Positions 53,790 to 63,689 of a stretch of DNA of 64,000 nucleotides are shown piece after piece. Position 1 is the first letter of the stretch; each line of letters opens with the position of its first letter. The notes below the pieces were generated by a model. That model saw only the letters and a list, made by a program, of their open reading frames with translations, had not been told where the DNA came from and did no database searches. Origin of the DNA: a virus; the IMG/VR virus record IMGVR_UViG_3300044691_000366, positions 3,174 to 67,173 of that record; one strand, written 5' to 3'. The position numbers and the translations under genes were made by a program.

Positions 53790-56489
53790 TTATGCGTCCC
53801 TTCCGCGACGGTCGATCCATCCCGCCGTGATGATGTAAAGAGAGTTTCCAGAAGCTTGGCCTGCAATCGCGTTGATTTGCGCCGATGTGTTGGTTCTTAT
53901 GTTAAATGGACTGGAGCAGTATACGCTGATTACCGGGTTTGTGAGGCTCCAGCTTCCCGGTGGAGTTCCTGCGGCTTGAGCGGCTGAGGCCGGTGAATAA
54001 ATCAGAGCAATTGCCTGTGCTATGCTGCTACTGGTGTAGTCGGCCTGAAAGAGAGCATTCACAACAACGCCAGTCGGCACGGACAACGTAAGAGCGGAGA
54101 CAGTATTGGTGATGGCAAGAGCACTAGCGTCCGCTACAGGAACATCCCACAAAAATTCATCGCCGTTCTGGATGAACTTGACCCACTGGAACGAGCCATT
54201 GGTTTTCATCGATCCGATACGGCGGAACAGCGTGTAATTTGCAGGCAAGTTTGGTGCTGTCGGGTTAGGTGACAAAAGAACATCAACGAGACCGGTATCC
54301 GGTCGCTTAATCAGAAAAACGTGATACCAGCCTACATTAGCTGTAGGACTTGCGCCGCCACCATCCCACGCGCCGTTACCTGTTCCAACAGCCCATGCGC
54401 CCATTGTTTTCGTAAAGGCTGACGCCAGCGCCATGATATCAGAGTTGGTGCTATCGGCTGCAACGCCAGCGGCGACACCGAACGTTGCCGATGAACCGGC
54501 AGTCGATAGCGTCAATCCAGCGATATAGCTTCGCATGATCGTCGGAATGCCAAGAGATTTATTCGCGGTCGTCCGATCGGCCGGAACATAACTTACGGCC
54601 CTAACCAGACTACCGAAGGTAACCCACTCGATCAAGTCGCCCGGAAAGGTCGTGAAAGAACTAATCCCCATAGGAGGATATAAACCAGTGACCAATTGAA
54701 ACGTGACCGCGCCCGTATAGCGCGTCCATCGGCGATGACCATCGCCAAGCGTGATCGCAGTCACCGTAGCCGAGCCGGTGATATCGACAAGGTAGCCGGT
54801 CGCTGTCTCCAAATTTAAGGTTGCGGATGCCGCAATATTAGCGCCGCGAGAGGTCAGATTGTCGATCGCGGCTACCTTATTCGGTAGCTCAGAAAGATTG
54901 TTCGTGGAGAGCATATCGCCGGCGCCGGGGTCGCCCGCGGCGTTCAAATTCCAGTCAGCAAATGTGCCAGAGCCGCCAATGCGGATGACGTTGATGGTCA
55001 ACGTCGTGCCAGCATAGGTCGTAATCAGGCCTTCCATATAGTTGGCGCCATTTGCATTCGAGCTGGCTCGCACGCGGGCACCGACGCTATAGGCAAGCCC
55101 TGCCGCTACAGTGAGGCTTGTGGAGCCTGTTGCAACCAGAAGCGAAGTTGCCGAAGAAGCACGAAAGCCTGAACCAGTGGCGCCAGTGTTTCCCTGTGCG
55201 CCGGTTGCGCCCTGTGGAATGCTGAAATTGAGCGTCGCGGCTCCCGAGGTGCCGGAATTCGTGACGGCAGCGGCGCTGCCAGGTGCGCCGGTTGTAACTG
55301 TGCCGACAGCGATCGTTGCTGCGGTGCCAGTTGGTCCCTGCGGACCCGTGAAGGTCGATAGACTGTAAAGGTCGGTCCAGGCGATGGTGCCGACATAGCT
55401 CCACTGCAGCATCGCTCCGGACATACGAAACTGAACCTGGTCACCCTTGGGGCCGACCACGCTGACAGCCGCGGCCGCGGTCGAAACAAGACCGGTCGGG
55501 CCGACATAGGAGCCCACTGCGGGCTTGGTGCCCTCGCCGCCGGTCCAGTCTGCGATCTGTGCGACCTGTCCGCCGGCGCCGTTGGTGACGTAGGCCAAGA
55601 TCGGCGACCAGCCCTTGGTGCCCGGAGATCCCGAGCCAGTTGCCGAGCCCGAGATGGCGCGCCAGCGGCTGACGGCGCCATCATAGATCAGCAACGCGGA
55701 GGTGCCCGCGGGCACCACGATGTTGCCGGGGGCTGTAAAGCGGTTTGCGGCGGCCGAGGTGCCGCCCTCGTCTTCCAGATCCAGCTCGAAGGCGCCGACG
55801 TTCATCAGCGCCAGGACGCGCCCGTTGGCGCCGCCAGCGATACCGGTCAGGGTGCGCGCGGCATTAGTTGAGACCCGAAGAATATTTGCCTGTGCAATGC
55901 CGGCCGGCGCGAGGTCGTCTGTGGTCGCCGTAATTATTGGCGCTGTGACGACGCCGCCAAGCAGGAGCTGCGAGTAGATCGTGGCGGCGCCCGTGGTCGA
56001 GCTGATCCCGATCGCCTTGGTCCAGGTCGAGGCCAGCAGGTAGCGAAGCGAGAAGTCATCGTCCTGGAACGAGCCGGCCTCGAACAGGTCCACCCCGGCC
56101 TTCTGCAACAGCAGACCGGCCCGATCGCCTGTGGTCGATTTGCTCAGCCGCACCTGTTGATCGGGTCCGGTGAGATTGAGAATATTTCGGTAAAGGGTGG
56201 TGATTTCGCCCAATTGCTTGGACGCGGTGCGAACCGAGTCGCGCGCCAGGCTGGAGCGGAAGATGGTCCAGCCGGTGCCGCCTACCGAGGCCAGCGCAGT
56301 GGTGCCGGTATAGGTCCGGTCCAGGGTGGCGTTATTGTCGTCGACAGGCGACACCTCATACCAGTGCCCATCGGGCGCGAGAATGGGATCACCTGCGATC
56401 AGCGAAAGGAAAAAGGCGCTATGACCTACCAGGGCTGCGGAGCCGTTGGTGAAGTCAATCGTCCCTGTCGTGTAAAGGGTTGTTGCCAT
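53790..56489 (-). CDS. Tail fibre protein
   Basis: N-terminal YTTGTI anchor, collagen-like G-x-y stretches, NNLSEL, RRIGS, mosaic GC. Confidence 0.85.
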   Translation of the reverse strand: MATTLYTTGTIDFTNGSAALVGHSAFFLSLIAGDPILAPDGHWYEVSPVDDNNATLDRTYTGTTALASVGGTGWTIFRSSLARDSVRTASKQLGEITTLYRNILNLTGPDQQVRLSKSTTGDRAGLLLQKAGVDLFEAGSFQDDDFSLRYLLASTWTKAIGISSTTGAATIYSQLLLGGVVTAPIITATTDDLAPAGIAQANILRVSTNAARTLTGIAGGANGRVLALMNVGAFELDLEDEGGTSAAANRFTAPGNIVVPAGTSALLIYDGAVSRWRAISGSATGSGSPGTKGWSPILAYVTNGAGGQVAQIADWTGGEGTKPAVGSYVGPTGLVSTAAAAVSVVGPKGDQVQFRMSGAMLQWSYVGTIAWTDLYSLSTFTGPQGPTGTAATIAVGTVTTGAPGSAAAVTNSGTSGAATLNFSIPQGATGAQGNTGATGSGFRASSATSLLVATGSTSLTVAAGLAYSVGARVRASSNANGANYMEGLITTYAGTTLTINVIRIGGSGTFADWNLNAAGDPGAGDMLSTNNLSELPNKVAAIDNLTSRGANIAASATLNLETATGYLVDITGSATVTAITLGDGHRRWTRYTGAVTFQLVTGLYPPMGISSFTTFPGDLIEWVTFGSLVRAVSYVPADRTTANKSLGIPTIMRSYIAGLTLSTAGSSATFGVAAGVAADSTNSDIMALASAFTKTMGAWAVGTGNGAWDGGGASPTANVGWYHVFLIKRPDTGLVDVLLSPNPTAPNLPANYTLFRRIGSMKTNGSFQWVKFIQNGDEFLWDVPVADASALAITNTVSALTLSVPTGVVVNALFQADYTSSSIAQAIALIYSPASAAQAAGTPPGSWSLTNPVISVYCSSPFNIRTNTSAQINAIAGQASGNSLYIITAGWIDRRGRDA

Positions 56490-56520
56490 CTCTGAGAGTA
56501 TGCCATCCTTTTGAGAAGTA

Positions 56521-56534
56521 AGTCAACATTGACT
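56521..56534. promoter_or_regulatory. 14-bp palindromic operator upstream of tail fibre
   Basis: AGTCAACATTGACT. Confidence 0.82.
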
Positions 56535-56905
56535 TATATTCTGGGGCGAACGCCTGCATCCTGCAGAATCTGGTCCAGCTCCGCGGAGTTCTTGGCCGCG
56601 CGCAGCCGCACGATCACCTGACGCCTGGCGTTTTCGCGCGCCATCAGGGCATCCGGCTTGGCGACAATCAGCGAAGCAAGGGTTTCAACAGTTAGGCCCT
56701 CAATCTGGGCCGCCTGTTGAAACTCTGCCGATGGCGTAGCGCCGGCGATCACCGCGAGCGCCGTCTGTCGCTTGCGATCGTGGGCGAGATCCTGGCCCTG
56801 GGGGTAAAAATCCCCATTGACCCGGCCTTCGGCCTGTTCGAGCAGCTTCGGTAAGGGGGTGACGACGATCTTCATGTGGCCTCCACGGTCAAAACAGTTG
56901 CGCAA
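56534..56905 (-). CDS. Tail-associated protein (start likely MKIVV near 56875)
   Basis: Position; coupled. Confidence 0.6.
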   Translation of the reverse strand: MRNCFDRGGHMKIVVTPLPKLLEQAEGRVNGDFYPQGQDLAHDRKRQTALAVIAGATPSAEFQQAAQIEGLTVETLASLIVAKPDALMARENARRQVIVRLRAAKNSAELDQILQDAGVRPRI

Positions 56906-57282
56906 TAGGGGAAAGCCGCCTCGAAGCTCAGCTCATAGGCGCCCGGATGATCGACGGCGAATTCGAGCGTGCCAACGGGGGAACTTTCCTGATGAACAAT
57001 CGTGCCGTCGAGCCTGATCGTCAGCGCGAACGAGGCCGGCTCAATGGTTAGCTTCAGGGTATCGACGCCATCGGCCGCGATCGGGCGAATCTCGCCGGAA
57101 ACTGCGACAGGAGGCCGCGGCAGCACCTGCCCGTTCTTGACGTAGATGCTGATGGTGTCCAGCACGTGATCGGCCTCGAGGACCAAGTGGCCGTTAGCCT
57201 CATAGATCGGCTTCAGTCGTTCGAAATCGCCAACAAAGATCGCCTGGGTGACAAGTCCGGTATCGTCGTGAACAATCAGCAT
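56872..57282 (-). CDS. Tail-associated protein
   Basis: SD AAGGA; YVKNGQVLPRP. Confidence 0.6.
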   Translation of the reverse strand: MLIVHDDTGLVTQAIFVGDFERLKPIYEANGHLVLEADHVLDTISIYVKNGQVLPRPPVAVSGEIRPIAADGVDTLKLTIEPASFALTIRLDGTIVHQESSPVGTLEFAVDHPGAYELSFEAAFPYCATVLTVEAT

Positions 57283-57292
57283 TTTCGTTTCC

Positions 57293-57748
57293 TTAGCGGT
57301 AGACCGAATACCAGAAGTAGGCATTCGCGAATGATCGGATCAGCGCATTATTGGGATCGCTGGGGTCATCAAAGAGCGCCGCGTAAAACTGCATATAGCT
57401 GTTCGTCACCTGGCACAGATCCATGCCCAGATACGTTCCGCCGCCGCTGGTCAGGCAAGCAAGAGGAGCTGTGACGGTGACCGGGTTGGTATCTGGGTTA
57501 GGGTTGGCGCCGCCGCCGTCATTATAGGCGCAAAACACCCGCGGAATAGTTGAGTAGCTTTGCGGGAAATAGACAGTGGTCCAGGTTTCTGCAGGCACAT
57601 AGACAGAGCCTGACATGATCAGGCTCGTATTGGAAAAGCGCGCGTCGAACGCCATCTGATCGAGCGTCGCCGTGTTGACATCAAAGCCAGGAAGACTGAC
57701 TTGCAACGACGCCAGCGCGCCACCTTTCATGAGAACGCGATCGACCAT
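57293..57748 (-). CDS. Minor tail protein, paralogue 3
   Basis: MVDRVL...VSLPGFDVNTAT; TAATG coupling. Confidence 0.65.
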   Translation of the reverse strand: MVDRVLMKGGALASLQVSLPGFDVNTATLDQMAFDARFSNTSLIMSGSVYVPAETWTTVYFPQSYSTIPRVFCAYNDGGGANPNPDTNPVTVTAPLACLTSGGGTYLGMDLCQVTNSYMQFYAALFDDPSDPNNALIRSFANAYFWYSVYR

Positions 57749-58134
57749 TACGGTAAAGACCTGTTGAAAACGAAGTAGTTGAAGATCAGCCCGAGCCCGG
57801 TTGAGTCGGAGAAGGTCATAGACGAGGCTGATACCGCAACCACAGTTTCGCCGGACCTGGTTACGGCGTTGGTCGGGAATGGGTAATATTCGACGCCCGA
57901 AGCGTTGGTCGGCCAGAAATAAACCATTGGCTTGTCGCTCAAGGTCTGCGGAAAGAAGACGGTCTGCCCGCCGCTGGCCTGCCCAATCAGCATCACCATG
58001 TCGTTCTTGACACCTGGACAGATCAGAAAATTGTTCGGATCGACAGTCGTCGTCGCATCGATCCCCGGCCTTGAAAGCCAAATACCGTAGCTGCCGTCGA
58101 GCGGATGTCTGCCGAGGATGAGTCGCTGCGTCAT
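57748..58134 (-). CDS. Minor tail protein, paralogue 2
   Basis: MTQRLI...LSRPGIDATTT. Confidence 0.65.
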   Translation of the reverse strand: MTQRLILGRHPLDGSYGIWLSRPGIDATTTVDPNNFLICPGVKNDMVMLIGQASGGQTVFFPQTLSDKPMVYFWPTNASGVEYYPFPTNAVTRSGETVVAVSASSMTFSDSTGLGLIFNYFVFNRSLP

Positions 58135-58574
58135 GATGCCGGGAACACCAGATAGATCCAGTTGCGATTGGTGCCGTAATAGGTCGGATCCGACTGTCCC
58201 TCGTAATTATCCGCGCGCTTGATCGTGAAGTTGCTTTTGGTCATCTTGGTATTATAGGGATTGAAGTAGAGGTCGGCGTGCGCCGAACCATGCATCCATT
58301 TCTGGAACAGGTTGTGAACGTTGGAGATGCTCCCCGACGAATCGAAGGGCAGCACGAATACCTTCGGGAAATTCGTGTAGGTTGTTCCGTAACTGACCGT
58401 GGGAAAGTTGATGATCGATACGTTGAATATGTAGCCACCCGTCAGCAGTCGCAGCGGCTTGCCGAAGCTCGAATCCACGGCCAGAAAATCCGGCGAGATC
58501 GTTGCCGTCTTGACGTCATAGCCAGGCCGAGAGATCGCAACACGTGTCGGCGTGATCAGAATGCGGTCGACCAT
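58131..58574 (-). CDS. Minor tail protein, paralogue 1
   Basis: MVDRIL...ISRPGYDVKTAT. Confidence 0.65.
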   Translation of the reverse strand: MVDRILITPTRVAISRPGYDVKTATISPDFLAVDSSFGKPLRLLTGGYIFNVSIINFPTVSYGTTYTNFPKVFVLPFDSSGSISNVHNLFQKWMHGSAHADLYFNPYNTKMTKSNFTIKRADNYEGQSDPTYYGTNRNWIYLVFPAS

Positions 58575-61500
58575 TACGAATCCGCCACGATCAGGGTTGC
58601 GTTGGTGAGGTCGAATCGCACCAGATTGTTGGCGCTGCGGATCATGCCGGCCGTGACTGTGCCGACGTTGGCGCTGACCGCGGACAGACTGGTCACGTTG
58701 AGCTTTGCCGCGGAGATCGTGCCGTTGACAATCAGGCTGCCTTGAATTTCGACGGCGAAATTCACGCTGCCGTCGAGTTTCTGGATGCCGGTGAAGCTGA
58801 AGCCGCCGGTGATGCCATTGATGGTGCCGATCACACCATACTGCACCTTGACGCCGTTCACGCTGGTTGTGACCGTGCTGATGTTCGCTGTATTGGTGCC
58901 GACCGTGGTGGTCAGGCTGCTCACCGAGGAGGCGATCGCGCTGTCGGCCGTCACTCGGGCGGTCGTCTCGGTCGCAACGGCCGCCGAAATAGCCGAGTTT
59001 AATGAGACTGCGAGCGCCGCCCGTGCGGTCGCTTCCGCGGTGTCGTTGGTCGCCCGTGTCACCGACTCGGTCGCAAGCGTCGCGGATACGGCGCCTACAT
59101 TGACAGCAAGAACCTGACGAAGAGCTGCCTCGGCGAAGTCTGCCGCAACTCGCAAGTCCTGCTCGGTCGAGATCGAAGCGCCGAGACCCGTATCCTGAAC
59201 AGCCAAAATCTGGCGCACAGTCTGGTTGTGACTATCGTTCGCGTCCCTGGTCTTGATGATCTCGGACTGGATCGAGGCAATTACGTCTTCGATATTGGCG
59301 ATATCGGTGAGCGTTGGCGTATTTTTAAGAGTCTCCAGGTTCGGCAACACAGCCGCAAGGGTCGACTGCAGATCATTGATTTCGAGGTGCTGGGGATCGG
59401 AGAGAATAAGCCCAACCTTGCCGAACGCATCGTAAAGCGAAACCCAGACATACTGGGTGCCACCGCTGACCCAGGCGACAGTCTTGGTGTCCGGCCCGTC
59501 ATAGACGAAGTTCGATAGTGTTGGAACGAAGCCTGAATTTGTCGAGACCCAAACCAGGGCGCCCGCATAGTCCGCGTCGTTGTTGATCCAGCTTATGTCG
59601 ATCGAGCCGACATCGCCCTGAAGCGTCGGCACAACCTTGGCCGGAACCGGGTTCGAGACGATAATCGAAGCAGGGGCCGACTCAGTGCCGGTTACATTGA
59701 GCGCCGTGATGTCGATGCGCACCGCGCGGCGCGGCCCGCCGTCATTGACGTTCTGCTCATAGGTGTAGGTGTAGGTCGGCGTCGTCACCTGCTCGGTGTG
59801 CAGCAAGGTATTGGAGATCGAATCGTAGACCCGGACGACGTTTTTGACGTCATATTGGACATAGTTCGCCGGGAAGACGTTGTTCCAGGTGATCGTCGGC
59901 GCGCGCCCATGAAAGGTCGTTCCGCCATCGGTCGTCTTCAGGGTGTCAGGCACCGGTCCATTGACCGCTTCCCAACCCTGCACCGTGAGGGGAAAGGAAA
60001 CAACGGTCGAGGTAGCGCCGGTGATCGAGCGGACGACGATGTAGAAGGTCCAGGCGCCCGGCGTTGCATCTAGCACGTCGAGCGTCGGCGAGATGCTGGA
60101 ATTGAAGTTGACGAAGCCATGCGGGCTATCTGCTGTCAGCAGATAGTCGGCGACCTGGAAGTCGTTGGGGCCGGTCCAGGAGATCGTGACGCGCGAGTGG
60201 GATACACCGTTCTGGAAGAAGCGAGCCTCGCTGCCGGTGACATCGGTGACCTTGCTGATAACGTTGCGCGGTCGCACATAGGGGATCGGATCAAGCGCCA
60301 AATTCTGCTCGACCCGAGCGAACTTAGCAGGATCATGGATCAGTGCCGTAACCTTGAAGAGATTCTCGCCATCTTCCTGCACCGCCATCACGCGATACTG
60401 GCGAGCGACCATATCGGCGCTCTGAATGATGAAGTCGGCCGCGACAACCGGCACATTCGGGAAGGCTTCCGAGAGCGTGATCGTCTTGTGGTCGACCCCA
60501 AAGCTCGAGATTATCTTGGTCACGAACACGCCATCTGGCATCAGTGCGCTGATGGTGTAGGTTTGACCGGTCTCAGGTAGAAACGGGAAGTCGAGCACCA
60601 CCGAAGTCGTCGAGATCGACTGCGCGAGCCGGCCGCCGGCGCGGAAATTGCCGTTCTTGCGCGGGTCGGTCAACAGGATGATATCGCCGGGCTTCAGCGC
60701 CTGGTTGTCCTTCAGGACATAGCCGTCCCAGGACATCGAGAACTGAACGGTCTCGGTCTGGTTCTTCTCGGTGTCGAGGATCCACTTGCCGTAGCGGTTC
60801 GCCTGCCCACGCGAAGTGCAACCCATCAGGGTCACATCGGTCTGGCGCCATCCGAAGCGACGGATCTGATCGTCGTCCTGGACCACTTCCGGCGTTTGGC
60901 GCCAGTAGTTGTTCGGGTCGTTCCAGGTGATGACCGCGACTGAATGTCGGGCCTTCATCGCAGTGCCCGAATATTTGAAGTGCCCGTCGATCACATTCGC
61001 GGGCGTGATCGCGCATACGGGATCGGAGGGCATGTCGGCCGAGCAGAACACCTGGCCGAGCGACCAATAGGCCATGCCGCGGAATGCCGCGGCCAGGCTC
61101 TGAAGCACCGTGTAGGCTTCATCGCGCGTGTTGATCACGCCGTTGAAGGCAAACCGCGGCTCCAGAATATCATTGCCGGAGACGTCCTTGAAGCCGGACG
61201 GCACGAGCGCGTCGCAATACTGACCGATCTGATAGAGCGACCATTTGTCGACCGAGGCGATCTGGACGAATTCACCGATGCCGTAACGGGTATTGGTCAA
61301 AAGATCCCAGAAAATCCAGGCCGGGTTCGAGGTCCAGGCCGGCTTGAAGGTTCCGTCCCAGATGCCGCTGTAGGTCTTGTTGATCGGGTCGTAGTTCGAG
61401 GGCACGTCGATGATCAGTCCGCGAACGTGATAGGAGCGCGTCCCGACATTGGCGCCGAACAGGAAGGCGTCGACGTAGAGGCTGATCAGCGCGGTGTCGT

Positions 61501-62206
61501 CGTAGGTGAACTGACCTGAGACGATCGTCGCATAGCTCTGCCACCAGGTCTGGTTCTGCAGGAAGTTCGCTTCGACCGGATCCGGATCGGGCGTGAGACG
61601 CGTGATCCTGATATCCCAGGGCGAGCCCGAATTATTCGGCGCCGGAACGAAATGCTGCTTATTGTAGGGTGAGGTGACCTTCTGATTGTTGATGTTGACG
61701 CTGATGACGGTTTCCCATCCGGCGCCCGCGGCGCGGCGCTCCACCAGATACGCAACCGAAGTGCCGGTGACATCGCCGGTATTCTGGTTGGCGGCGGCGA
61801 GCGCGGGAATACGCATGATGATCTGCACGGCGATCGCCGTGGAATCGTCGATGGTTCGGATGACCGGGGTCGATTGCTTGACTTGGGTCTCGACCGTGAA
61901 CGGGGTCGAGGTCTGTGCTGGGCCGGGTAGCGGCGTCTGGTCGGGTAGACCCGTGCGCTGATCCCAGGAAACACCGACGAAGTTCTTGGTGCCGTCTGCG
62001 TCTTCCAGCGGTGTGTCGTCGAAATAGATTGAATTGCCGCCGTTGCGCAGCCCAACGATCGGGCCTTCGCCGAGCGCCTCGATCAGATTGACAGTGGTTG
62101 ACGAGCGAAGCGTATCAGCGGCTTCGTTTGAACTGCCGGGCGCAAGAGCGCCCTTGCCGCTGCCGCCCTGCCCGCGAACGATCATGTTCATGACGAGCCA
62201 CTCCAA
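58574..62206 (-). CDS. Tail tip / host-specificity protein J (lambda gpJ-like)
   Basis: LGEGPIVGL, VPSNYDP, WDGTFKPAWTSNPAW, GCTSRGQA.R.G.W, FN3-like and coiled-coil regions. Confidence 0.95.
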   Translation of the reverse strand: MEWLVMNMIVRGQGGSGKGALAPGSSNEAADTLRSSTTVNLIEALGEGPIVGLRNGGNSIYFDDTPLEDADGTKNFVGVSWDQRTGLPDQTPLPGPAQTSTPFTVETQVKQSTPVIRTIDDSTAIAVQIIMRIPALAAANQNTGDVTGTSVAYLVERRAAGAGWETVISVNINNQKVTSPYNKQHFVPAPNNSGSPWDIRITRLTPDPDPVEANFLQNQTWWQSYATIVSGQFTYDDTALISLYVDAFLFGANVGTRSYHVRGLIIDVPSNYDPINKTYSGIWDGTFKPAWTSNPAWIFWDLLTNTRYGIGEFVQIASVDKWSLYQIGQYCDALVPSGFKDVSGNDILEPRFAFNGVINTRDEAYTVLQSLAAAFRGMAYWSLGQVFCSADMPSDPVCAITPANVIDGHFKYSGTAMKARHSVAVITWNDPNNYWRQTPEVVQDDDQIRRFGWRQTDVTLMGCTSRGQANRYGKWILDTEKNQTETVQFSMSWDGYVLKDNQALKPGDIILLTDPRKNGNFRAGGRLAQSISTTSVVLDFPFLPETGQTYTISALMPDGVFVTKIISSFGVDHKTITLSEAFPNVPVVAADFIIQSADMVARQYRVMAVQEDGENLFKVTALIHDPAKFARVEQNLALDPIPYVRPRNVISKVTDVTGSEARFFQNGVSHSRVTISWTGPNDFQVADYLLTADSPHGFVNFNSSISPTLDVLDATPGAWTFYIVVRSITGATSTVVSFPLTVQGWEAVNGPVPDTLKTTDGGTTFHGRAPTITWNNVFPANYVQYDVKNVVRVYDSISNTLLHTEQVTTPTYTYTYEQNVNDGGPRRAVRIDITALNVTGTESAPASIIVSNPVPAKVVPTLQGDVGSIDISWINNDADYAGALVWVSTNSGFVPTLSNFVYDGPDTKTVAWVSGGTQYVWVSLYDAFGKVGLILSDPQHLEINDLQSTLAAVLPNLETLKNTPTLTDIANIEDVIASIQSEIIKTRDANDSHNQTVRQILAVQDTGLGASISTEQDLRVAADFAEAALRQVLAVNVGAVSATLATESVTRATNDTAEATARAALAVSLNSAISAAVATETTARVTADSAIASSVSSLTTTVGTNTANISTVTTSVNGVKVQYGVIGTINGITGGFSFTGIQKLDGSVNFAVEIQGSLIVNGTISAAKLNVTSLSAVSANVGTVTAGMIRSANNLVRFDLTNATLIVADS

Positions 62207-62892
62207 AGCGCGGAGTTGTGCCCAAATGCTGCCTCAATCGAACCCGCGGAATTGGAATAGACGGCGATATCTTCGACGTCGGACTGGGCGGAGATCGGCA
62301 CCGACCCGGTCAGCACTTCGCCGTAGATCAGCGGCACGGCGTCGCCCTGCTGACCCGAATTGCCGATGTTGCCATTGTTGACGTTGATGCCGTTCGAGGC
62401 CGTCGAAACTGTGGGCTTGCTCAGCAGCGTTGCGGCGCCGGCTAGCACAAGTCCAAGGCCAACCAGCGCGATGCTGCCCCAGGAGACCGCCATGCCGCCG
62501 ACCGAGAATGCAGCCGAACCCATACCCAGAAGCGGAGCTGCGAGCGTTCCGCCGGACATGAAGATCGCGCCGCCGATCAGCGCCGCACCAAGCACAACCT
62601 TGGTAGTGCCCTTGGCGGTTTGCGACATCACGGCGCCCTTGGCGACCGGGATCAAATGCAGGTCTGCGAAGCCGAGCTTCAGCTCGTTGACCAAGCCAAG
62701 ATCGAGGCTCATTCCGGAGCGCCTGTCGCCGCGCACCAGCTTGAAATACCCGTTCTGCAGTGCTCCGACGAACTTGCCCGGAAACGCACAGTTGAGCGCC
62801 CTGAGCGCTTCAGCAGCGGTCATGACGTCGAACCGAAAGCTCGGGCCAAACTCCTTCTTGAGCTTGCCGTAAAGGTGAATCGTTCGCATCAT
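62188..62892 (-). CDS. Tail assembly protein I (lambda gpI-like)
   Basis: IHLYGKL..FG, AEALRAL, VPLIYGEVLTGS. Confidence 0.9.
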   Translation of the reverse strand: MMRTIHLYGKLKKEFGPSFRFDVMTAAEALRALNCAFPGKFVGALQNGYFKLVRGDRRSGMSLDLGLVNELKLGFADLHLIPVAKGAVMSQTAKGTTKVVLGAALIGGAIFMSGGTLAAPLLGMGSAAFSVGGMAVSWGSIALVGLGLVLAGAATLLSKPTVSTASNGINVNNGNIGNSGQQGDAVPLIYGEVLTGSVPISAQSDVEDIAVYSNSAGSIEAAFGHNSALWSGSS

Positions 62893-63689
62893 GACGTTGG
62901 GGCCTCATAGCGGACCCAGATGTCGGCTGCGCGCGCCCACACGCCCGCGGGCATACGCGCTGAAATACGGGTCGGGAAGTGATGGAGAATTTGGTCGCAC
63001 TCCAGCAGCACGCCGGCGTGGTTGAGCACCTTCTTTGGATTGTCGCGGCTGTCGCCGAGCGCACAAAGGAAGCCATCACCAGGCTGGGCCTCGGAACGGC
63101 TGATTTGTTTGAAGCCGGCCTTGGCAAGGTGATCGGAATAGAGATCGCCGCCCGAGGACCACCAGTCGGCGCCGCGGGCGACCTCCGGAAGTTCAATGGG
63201 TGCGAGCGGCCAGGAGACGCCCTGCTTTGCAAGCTCATCCTTGCCGAGCCGAAATACGTCGCGCACCATCGAGTAGCAGTCGAGGATGCCATGAAGGAAC
63301 GGGCGCGCGATGACCGGCGCAATCGGCAGCTTGCCGCCCCAGGCCGCCATCTTGTGGAAGCCGGTCTCGTTGAGCATGATGATGCCCCAGGGAACGTCGC
63401 TGATGATCTGCTGGCTCATGTCCAGTTCAGACGGCGCCAGCGGCCCGTTCGGGTGCGAATGAATGATCGCCTGCAGCTTGCCCGAGGTCACCGCGGTCTC
63501 GTAGCGCGGGTCGTCAATGGTGAATTCGGTTTCGGGCTTGGGATCCGTGTTCTCGCAGGCGACGTAGGCGCCATCGGCGATGAAGCCGCAGCTCTCCTTG
63601 GGAAACTGGGCGATCGCATGAACCTTTGAGGCCTCGACCGCATCAGCGCCGAGAAATGACTTAATCGTAGCTTCGTATTCCTCGATCAT
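62889..63689 (-). CDS. Tail assembly protein K (JAB and NlpC/P60)
   Basis: ESCG, HSHP...S..D, DCY, NHAGV...ILHH. Confidence 0.92.
   Translation of the reverse strand: MIEEYEATIKSFLGADAVEASKVHAIAQFPKESCGFIADGAYVACENTDPKPETEFTIDDPRYETAVTSGKLQAIIHSHPNGPLAPSELDMSQQIISDVPWGIIMLNETGFHKMAAWGGKLPIAPVIARPFLHGILDCYSMVRDVFRLGKDELAKQGVSWPLAPIELPEVARGADWWSSGGDLYSDHLAKAGFKQISRSEAQPGDGFLCALGDSRDNPKKVLNHAGVLLECDQILHHFPTRISARMPAGVWARAADIWVRYEAPTS

Noticed and set aside
994-56534. The dispersed 14-bp palindromes as CRISPR repeats or recombination sites
   Set aside because: Not arrayed with spacers, no cas or dedicated recombinase gene in the window, and position beside -10 elements fits operators
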